Positions 54,896 to 64,000 of a DNA stretch of 64,000 bases are shown piece after piece. The notes under the pieces were generated by a model. The model did not search any database and was not told where the DNA came from. It saw nothing but the letters and a program-made list of their open reading frames with translations. The stretch is from Octopus sinensis. Taxonomy: Eukaryota. Position 1 is the stretch's first letter, and each line of letters starts with the position of its first letter. The stretch spans positions 145,948,001-146,012,000 of the forward strand of contig NC_042998.1 in the NCBI RefSeq assembly GCF_006345805.1, read 5' to 3'. Both the position numbers and the translations under genes were made by a program.

Positions 54896-57800
54896 GTAGA
54901 AAATATTTTATTTCACACAAAATGATTTATTATTATTTTATAAAGTCCAAAATCGGTGGGATTCCTTGGTTGTTCCAGAGTGGTACTCCCCTCCTATTTG
55001 GGAATTTTATCATTTTTCTTGTTATTGTTTTTGTGTACACTGTATTATGTGAATCTTCGTTCTTGTTTGTCTTTGTATTGTCCTAAATGCTTTTAGGGCT
55101 GTGTGGGTATTATGAATAAATTTCTATAAAGAAACCAGTATTATTATTGTTTTAGCACGCCGAGCAATACGATAAGCGTCATTTTATTCTGGGATTACGT
55201 TCTTAGTTCGAATTCCGACGTTTTCATTTTACCTTTCATACTCTCGAAGTTTATAGAATAAGTTACCAGTTGAGTACTGGAGCCGATGGTATCGACTTGT
55301 CCCTCCCCTAAAAAGTTGATGATCTTGAACCTATAGTAAATAAAATTATTCTTGTTGCTGTTATTAGAGATGTTTATTTTCAAGCGGTTAAATTAATAAC
55401 TGCGTTTATTAATTAATTGATTAATTAATTATTATTAATTACATCATTAAATGTTATTTTCTTGATTCGTTTTGCATGCTTGTTGTCTGTAGGATCATCT
55501 CACAAATTCAGTTATATCTGCAGATATAATAAATTTAAATTGAAGAAATGTCAAAAACAAATTTTTTAAAGTGTTAATTAGCCTCAAATTTGTCCTCATC
55601 TAACAGACCCTTGGTTAAAATCGTGCTTGTCGTAACTCTCTCGCACCCTTTTCTATTTGTTTTTTAAACATTGTACATCGAAGATTATATGATCCATTGT
55701 GATTTGAGGGACATTTAGTTGTCATATCTAGATGGTTGAGTCACTCCCTCGTTGTCGTTTTTCAATCCCAAGTTAGCCCTGGTCAAGCAGGCAATTCTGG
55801 CAATGATCACTTCGTGTTTTAGTACTTGGTTTTTTCATACAGCGTATCGTAGATTACAATGTGCGTGTTCTTTTAAAATAGTATAGTGTGATTTTAGCGA
55901 GATTTTGCCACTGTTTCTAGCATGTCTAGTGATCAGGTTTAGAATCCTTCAAAGTTCTAGGGTAAAGGTGAATTTTTTAAAATGTTAAAATGGTTTTTCA
56001 CTTTTACTTGGTGACTAGACCGGATGAATAAAAAATATTTTTAAATGGCTGTTTTTCACTTTTACTTGATGTAGACCAGTGTAGGAACCAATAATTCTGG
56101 AACATACTACTGCGATATTAAGTGGTTGATACTTTCTTCCTTCCTTAAGGGAACATTATCTCACACACACACACATGCGCGAGTGTTCAACAGAGTTGCT
56201 CCCCTTAATTCTGTTGACCTGCTCTGGCTCGCGCGCGCGTGTGTATGTGTGTGTCTTTTCAATATACGAAGAAATGGTTAAATTTACCCTGTTTATATAT
56301 CAACTACATAGGCTACTATGTCTGTACACGCACACACATACACATATGGTAGGAAATACGATGTTGAACGACTTAAGATAATAGATACATATAGTTTGTG
56401 CTCAGGCCAAATTTGATCAAGCTGATATATAGAAGGAAATGATAGACAGGCAAACAACAGGTATCGACTAGATTATGACATATTTATACAACAGGGAAAC
56501 AAATGCATAATTGAGTATAAATAGCAGGAGGTTAGTAAAAGTTCCACTGTGGGAAGTTCTTGATAGTTACAATGTAAACAGGCAGAAAGTAAGTCCATTG
56601 TATTGATATTACATTGGTTGGTAGAAAGCTATCACAGGTAAAACCGTGGAACTGAAAGAAAAAATGTGTGTAGATTGTCCCTTATAGCTTCATTGAGTTT
56701 CAATCCATTGACCCTCTGAAGATGAAATAGGCTGACACAGAAATCAGCTAGCATACAGAGCTGCACCAGTTGTGCAGCTATTCTTAAAACAGTTGTATGG
56801 ATAAATATGCGGCTGTACTTTCAAAACAACCTCCTCCTCTACTATTTAAGTCACTTTGGTAACAGAAACTATCTACTACTTCTAAGGATCTTCCTATACA
56901 TTCAAAGAAATCTATTTCCTGTGTGTTCTTAAACTTCATTGCTCTTTCACATCTGTCACACACAAGGTCCACTTTCCATATAAATCTTCCTGTGTTTCCA
57001 CTGCACCCCTTATTTATCCACAATTTGCACTTATTACACCATATAGAATTTCAACCTACACCTTTTCTACATATTGGGCAGGACTATTTATAATTCCTAT
57101 TTGGGAACTATTTTATTTATTCTGTTGAAAACATGGCAATTATAAATTTCCATTTTTCACCCCATGCTTTTCTATGTCTTCTAGAATTTATGAATTGTCA
57201 ATAAATATTATCTTTCAGAGAATTCAAACCTAAAGAAAGTTCAACTGGTTTCATTAAAACAAATTTATAAAGCAAAGAAACAAATAAAGAATTATGTTAG
57301 AGTCACACCATTGGAATATTCTCCATTCTTGTCTAAAATGGCAGAAGGTTCTCATGTATATATAAAATGTGGTAAGTTTATTATAATTTAATCTCACTCT
57401 TCTATAGTAATCTATGTAATCTAATATATATATAGTAATTAATATTTAATTAAATTTAATTAAACTTAATTAAATGCCACTGGGATAGACTTTACCTTTC
57501 ATCCTTTCGGGGTCAATAAGATAAGCACCAGTTGAGCACTATGGTCAATGTAACTGACTTAGCTTCTCCCCTGGAAGTGCTGGCCTTGTACCAAAATTTG
57601 AAACCAATATTTAATTAAATCTAGGAGCCAGATTTGACTGAAGCAGGTGATAGCAAATTTAATCCTTTTTTTTTACCATATTTCTGTTAAAATACACGGC
57701 CTTTGTTTCAATTAATTTTGAAAATAATGAAGAATTGAGAAGTAATTTTGTCATTAATATTAAGCTGGTGTTAGGAACAGAAATTAACCTGAAATTTTGA

Positions 57801-60800
57801 TGGATGGCTTTAATTTAGATCATTTTATAAGCAGAAAGTCTGTCATAGAACCTGAGGTGTTCATAGACAGATTGGTATCAAAAAGGTAAAATGCATTAAA
57901 GTATTTATTTCAAATCCACTTTATTCCTTAATCAAGCTCAACTTATTCTTTTACTCCTTAATCAGAAAACTACACTGCCTCATGCATACATGATACCAAA
58001 ATCCTCTCACTGGGTGAGAGATTCTTGCACATGGTCAGCAGTATATGGAAACAAAACTCCAAGAGCTAATTGGTATTACCTTGGTCAATGGAATATCAAC
58101 CATCAGAAATCAAATACACAAACACCTGTTTCATTTTCTTTCAGCAGCTGTTAGACCTCTCTTTGAGATAAAATATCTAACACTATTGTTCTCACCTTGT
58201 ACCTGAAGGAGCTACCTAGCCACCCAATCATTGCTATTTATATCTTTGCAGCTCCTACTGGTTTATTTTCACTCTCTCTGAATGTGAGTAACCACATAAC
58301 TCCTCTACAACACGAACCTGCTCTGCCCCATCCTTAACCTTCATCTAGTATAAAGTTCTCACACGCATACACACACACAGAGGTTTTGTAGTCTTGCAAG
58401 CTGCATGGTAACCTCACTGGTGTTAGTGGAAAGTGGTTGGTGTTAAGAAAGGCATCCAGCCATAGAAATTATACCAAATCAGACAGTGGGGCAGAATGCT
58501 GGCTTTAGGCCTGTTGAATCTTGTCAAACCATACAATCCATGCCAGCATGAAACATGGATGTTAAATGATGATGATGATGATGAATGGGTTCTGAGTTGG
58601 CAAAATTGTTAGAGCATTGGCAAAATGCTGTGCAGTATTTCTTCCAGCTCTTTATGTTCTGAGTTCAAATTCCACCAAGATCAACTTTGAATGTTATCCT
58701 TCGTATGCACAGGCGTTGGTGTGTGGTTGAGAAGCTGTCTTCCCAGCCATGTGGTCTCAAGTTCAGTCCCACTGCACAGCATCTTGGGCAAGCATTTTCT
58801 ACCATTGCCCCAGATCAAACAAAGCTTTGTGAGAGGACTTGATAGACAGAAACTGTAATAAACTCTCCATGTGTGTGTGTTGCATTTGTAGCTTTGTCTT
58901 GACATCACATGATGGTTGTAGAGCATCACAATCATACAAGCAATGATGTTCATTTCCAGTCTTCAATAAAGAACATGTCTTTCCATGGAGAAATATTACT
59001 TTTCTAGGGAGCATTCAATTGCAGAAAATCTGCCTCAGCAAATTCCATCTAACCCATGCAAGCATGGAAAAATGGCCATTAAACAATAGTGATGATGATG
59101 GTGATGATAATGATGTGTGTGTGTGTGTTAAACAATAATCACGATGATGATGATATGGATATTTGTTCAGTCCGACTGTGTGGCACCTTGGACAAGTGTC
59201 TTCTACTATAGCCTCAGGCCAACCAAAGCCTTGTGAGTGGATTTGGTAGACAGAAAGTGAAAGAAGCCCATTTTATATATATGTATGTGTATGTGTGCAT
59301 GTGTTTTCACATGTGTGTGTGCATGTATTTGTGTGTGTTTCTTTGTGTCTGTTTTTGTCCCCCATCACTGCTTGACAACTGGTGTTGGTGTGTTTGTGTC
59401 CCCGTAACGTAGTGGTTCGGCAAAAGAGAACAATAAAATATGAACTAAGCTTTAAAAAAGTCCTGGGATCAATTTCTTCGACTAAAACCCTTCAAAGTGG
59501 TGCTCCAGCATGGCTGCAGTCAAATGACTGGAACAAATAAAAGAATAGCACTAAGCCAACATCATATTCTTTGAACATTTTTCCACTTCAAGTCATACCT
59601 AAAAATACCTGCCTTTGATTTCTCTTCTAGAAAACTTGCAGCGTACAGGGTCTTTCAAAGTACGTGGTGCCTTTAACAAGCTATGCTTGCTTAAAGAATC
59701 TAATCCTGATATTTACAAAATAGGAGCTGTGGCAGCATCAACTGGTAACCATGCTATGGCTTGTGTAAGTAGTTTCAACATCTTATCGAAGTTCCTTTCT
59801 TTTACCATACCAAATTCAACAACAGAAAAACATAGAATTTAGACTATGCATATGATAGATTAAACCAAATTAGGTGTTATTGAAAATATTTTAATTGAGA
59901 GAATGAAGGGATTATTGATTTCTAATAAGTATTCAATCAATAACTTCTGGAATATACATTGACAACTACCCTGAATTGCAAACAGTCAAAGATAGCTAAG
60001 AGATTTAATAATATAGTCTAAGGAGAATAAAGGTTTCCCATCCCTTTCTTCAGGCTTTTCTATAGGAGGAGCTAGAGACATACTTTGAATAAATAACCAA
60101 TGAGGACTTGAACCTGTATCTTAAAATTTATATATTACAAAGCAATATCAGTTTGAAACAGTTCAAGTTTCCACCAGAAAAGCAAATGACAAAAACAATT
60201 TCCCCTTCATACAACATCACAATAGAACTTGTAAAAAAAAAATTTTTAAGGTCTTCATCATATCTGATTGCTAATATATTTTATTGTTTTAAAACGTATT
60301 GACTTCTCAATCATGTATTATTGTTATGAAATTCATAAAACATTGGAACTTTTATCATTTCCTATAACTATAAAATTTATTGAATATTTGAATTAGCATG
60401 AACATTTGATTGTTTTAGCATGTTTTTGTTTTACCTCTATGGAATTTTCTTCTATGGATTCACTTTCTTTCAAAATTTTATCTTTTATTTACCCTAGAAA
60501 AACAAAAAATATTGTTGAAACCAGATTAGTACTTTAATAAATTTGTAAAAAATTTTTTAAATTTTATTTGTTTTAAGATTCAGATGCATTTTTGACCCCA
60601 AAACCAATTCTCCTAAATTCTTTCTTGCACAGAAGTAAACCTCTTTTTTTTTTATTTTATATTTATATGTGTGTGTGTACTGCTACTATTCTTTTCTCTA
60701 ATTTCAATCCTACCAGACTGAAGCTATGAACCAACTTGGAATTCCTGTTCATGTATTTGTCCCAGAAACAATTTCCCCTTCAAAACATGAGCGCTTAATT

Positions 60801-61691
60801 GCAAACAAAGCTTCACTCACTGTTTTTGGAGAAGATTGCATGTATGCAGAGAATGCTGCTCGCAAGTACTCAGAAGTAAGTTGAAATCAGCCATTGATTT
60901 TTGTTTATCTTTTTTTATCTTCTGGAAGAAACTACATATCGTAAAAATTGTTGCAAATATGAAGAACCTTACTTCGATAAGAAATGAAATAGGAAATTAA
61001 ACTGACAAGGACTACATCATCACCTTTATCATGATCATCATTGACATCAACATTCGACATTGATGTTTCCTAAGTTGGTCAGTTTGACAGAATCCAATAG
61101 TTCCAAGGACTGCATTAAACTCCACTCTCTACTTTGGCATAGTTTCTACTGTTGTATGCCCTTCTTAACACCAACCGCTTTACAGTGTATACTGGGAGCT
61201 TTTTTGATGCTACCAGCACTCATGAAGTTGCCATGCAGCCAACAAGACTACAAACCCCTTGGGGGACAGCTTTATGCTAGAAGATGAGGTGTTATAAGAC
61301 GAGAGAAGGAGCCAAAGCAGAACAGATTTCTTGTTGTAGAAGAACTATGTGACTACTCACATTTTAAAAGAGAGGGTGAGTGATTGGATGGAGGTGAAAA
61401 AGATAAATATTGTTACAATTATGAAGAACCTTACTTCAAGAAGTGAACCATAGGAATTCAAGCAAACAAGGAATTCTCAATATCAGTGAAACTTGACACA
61501 GGTGGATGCCTTCCTAACACCAAATGATAATGAAAATGATGAAGATGATGACAACCAAAGAGAAACGGCTTATGACAATGGCTATGTAGCAGAGACACTA
61601 ACATTGTTTTTTGTTCATTGCAGGAAAAGGGAATCCCATTTATTTCCCCTTATAATGATATTGATGTCATTGCAGGCCAAGGAACAATAGG
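54889..61691 (+). CDS. PLP-dependent threonine/serine dehydratase or serine-racemase-like enzyme (fold-type II), 5' part; exons 54889-54895, 57219-57371, 59631-59764, 60717-60875, 61624-61691; 3' exons not found in the window
   Basis: Manual splicing at GT-AG sites with compatible phases (1,1,0,0,2) gives an open frame: [174 protein letters not shown]. Family motifs: TPL, KxENLQxTGSFKxRGA (PLP lysine), Sx[16 protein letters not shown]. Confidence 0.93.
57219..57371 (+). CDS. Dehydratase exon 2
   Basis: tttcag acceptor, gtaagt donor; encodes ..[41 protein letters not shown]. Missed by the ORF track. Confidence 0.9.
59165..59545 (+). mobile_element. SINE family A (tRNA-derived head, CORE-like CACCTTGGGCAAGTG, CR1-like 3' tail), representative copy
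   Basis: Other full or partial copies at about 6380-6520-, 9610-9925+, 12310-12570+, 19340-19545-, 26560-26900+, 30358-30525+, 33530-33790-, 33955-34355+, 35460-35835+, 37780-37905-, 46130-46230-, 54430-54590+, 58700-58960+, 61960-62130-, 63875-64000+. Confidence 0.85.
59631..59764 (+). CDS. Dehydratase exon 3 (PLP-lysine motif)
   Basis: ttctag acceptor, gtaagt donor; [17 protein letters not shown]...[11 protein letters not shown]. Overlaps ORF 59615-59842. Confidence 0.95.
60717..60875 (+). CDS. Dehydratase exon 4
   Basis: taccag acceptor, gtaagt donor; 53 codons [27 protein letters not shown]...[10 protein letters not shown]. Confidence 0.92.
61624..61691 (+). CDS. Dehydratase exon 5
   Basis: ttgcag acceptor, gtttgt donor; [23 protein letters not shown]. 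Confidence 0.9.
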
Positions 61692-63073
61692 GTTTGTACA
61701 ACATACATCCTTTCTTAAATTCTGTTTGTTTGTATTTATAAAATGTCTTTTGTTAATTTTCAGTCTTCCATGAAAAACATGTCTGGTCATAGGGTGATAT
61801 TACTGTGCTTGGAAACAAGTGAGGGCTGATGACAGGAGGGGTATCTGGACATAGAAAATCTGTCTCAGTAAATTCTGTCTGACCCACGGTAGCATAGAAC
61901 GGTGGCTGTAAAAATGACAACTATGATGATGATGATATATATATATATGCACACACACACACACACACTCACACACATAATAGGAATCTTTTAGCTTTTG
62001 CCTACCAAATTCATCCATAATGCTTTGGTTGATCTACAGCTATACCAGAAGACACTGCCCAAGGTGCTGCACAGTGGAACCCAAGACCACACAGTTGGAA
62101 AGCAAGCTTCTCAACCACATAACCACACCTCCACCTATAGTCATCCCTGTCATATTTATTTTGCTGCCATTTTAATTCTTATCAGCGAGTTTCCAATGAT
62201 GCTTTACTTTTATGCAGCCAAAGCTTTTTTTTTTCTGTTTCACCCCCTGGATTCTAGCTCCCCACCTGGGCCCCTGTGTTTACTGTCCACAGGTACCCTT
62301 TCCCTGCCATATAATTTCACACACTCACTACCATGCTGTAACCACTACACTTTCATCCTCTGGTGCCCTGAAATAACAAATTGAGTGCCTGTGCTCAAAC
62401 TCACTCAGTACATGTACCCATCATCTCTGCCATGTCCCCCTCTGACAACTTTATTCTAAACCCCTCCTCAATTCTTCTTGCACTGATACAAGCTTTTAGT
62501 CAATTCTTCCTACTCATATTTTTCCCTATAAACACCAACCTTCAACAATTCAAACTGAACATGAATTATATCAAGCTCGTTAGTCTAACAAATCCTTCAA
62601 GAGTCATGGATAATTTAACCCTAACAAGTGTTTTTGTAGTAATGATGGGTTTATGGGTTTTAATTTCCAAATTTACATTAAATCTGGGTTTTTAAGTTAG
62701 TTTTGGCTGCAAACTTATTTTTTAAAGAGAATTCGGTATCATACTCTTTGCATGCGATATGTACCAAAGTTGCACCCCTTATAATAGTTTGTAAACTTTC
62801 TGTATATCATCCATAATCATCTCACGTAATGAATTCATCAATACAAATATTGTACATGACGTAATTCCTGATCGTATGCGTTCATTATTTGTTTATACTT
62901 ATATCATACCAGGCAACTACAAGTTACAACGCATTGGTTACAACTTGTCTGAAGCTCTGACACCACCAGCTGACAGCTTGACTGTGTTGATGGTGTGCAC
63001 TTCGATTGTTAATCGCAATTTAAAATTTGTTTAACATGTTGAGTGTTTTTGTTTTATAACCCTTTGTGAAGTA

Positions 63074-63452
63074 ATGACAGACAATAGTGTGTCCAAAAAG
63101 AGGAAGTGGTACACCCAAAATTTCAAGAAGATGCTGAGCCTAAGGATTGATTACGGCAAGATGATAAAAATCCTGATACCTGCTACTGCATTTGTTGCAA
63201 CATTGTGTTGAAAAATGCAAACAAATCAATGCTATTAGCTCATAAAAACACTGCCAAACACAAGAAAGCTTGTATGAAATCTGCTATTAAATTAGATTCA
63301 TTTATTGTTAAAAAAATATATGATACATTAAATGAAAAGTAGCTAAAGCAGACTTGCTACTAACAGGTTATGATACTGAACATCACGTACCTTTCATCCT
63401 TATAAATCACTTGACTGAAATTTGTGAAAAGACTTTTCCCGATAGTGAAATA
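63074..63452 (+). pseudogene. hAT-like transposase N-terminal fragment with a BED-like zinc finger, frameshifted and cut by a SINE tail
   Basis: CYCICCNIVLKNANKSMLLAHKNTAKH (C..C...H....H), then AKADLLL..Y.TEHHVPF..INHLTEICEKTFPDSEI, typical of invertebrate hAT-like transposases. Confidence 0.7.
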
Positions 63453-64000
63453 GTGCCCCAGCATGGCCACACAGCCCAATGACTGAAACAAGTAAAAGGT
63501 AAAAGATAAATGCCATGAATTATTTTGTCCAATGCTCTAATGGTTCTACCTCTCTTCTTTGGAATAAATAATCAACAACAAATTAGTGAATATACCAATT
63601 CTGACTATAATCCTACACTGACTCCATGAACTGGGGTTTATTCCATTAACAATATCACTCCTTTGTGAAGGCACATTGCCCTGTGATTAAAAGTGTGCAA
63701 GTTTGATTCTTGAACCAGCAATGCTTTTTATCCTTGAGAAAGGTCCTTTATTTCATATACTCTCCAGTACACTCAGCTGAAAATAAGTACCAGTAATATT
63801 TGTGAGATTAACTCCATGACTAGCTGGTATCCTGGTTGGTAAGTCAGCCTTGAAAATGCCTTAAAAATCCAGGGTGCTGGCATGGATATATGGTTAAGAA
63901 GCTTATTTTTCAACCATGTTGTTTCAGGTTCAGTCCCACTGTGTAATAACATGGGTAAGTATCTTCTACTATAGCCTCAGGTCAACTAATGTCATGTAAA

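Noticed and set aside
59765-59842. Extension of ORF 59615-59842 beyond AMAC
   Set aside because: Read-through into an intron after a GTAAGT donor; homology resumes at 60717.
61692-64000. Next dehydratase exon (expected LEI..Q...VPVGGGGL)
   Set aside because: No such motif was found in any frame by eye; it probably lies beyond the window.

Overview
AT-rich, microsatellite-saturated eukaryotic DNA. The SINE families look like Octopus (coleoid cephalopod) repeats as I remember them; this was not checked by search. Almost all ORFs in the supplied track are microsatellite or antisense artefacts. There is one host gene: five 5' exons (54889-61691, +) of a PLP-dependent fold-type II threonine/serine dehydratase or serine-racemase-like enzyme, continuing past the window. 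Transposon content: a young CR1-type LINE (APE endonuclease + RT, about 51.2-54.1 kb, minus), RTE, R4/Dong-like and old CR1 fragments, two mariner relics, a hAT MITE, a hAT transposase fragment and many tRNA-derived SINEs. The hidden layer is RNA. About 15 hammerhead ribozyme (HH) motifs from at least 7 unrelated small elements lie mostly within (TA)n tracts. Highlights: (1) a tandem ~352-bp unit with a canonical type I HH and extended stem I, which fits a retrozyme/circRNA monomer (41152-42050); (2) two unrelated elements (49304-49374 +, 45601-45663 -) in which all HH core strands and covarying stems I and III are present, but in an order matching none of types I-III, suggesting a pseudoknotted, permuted hammerhead. 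All folding was done by eye and activity is untested.
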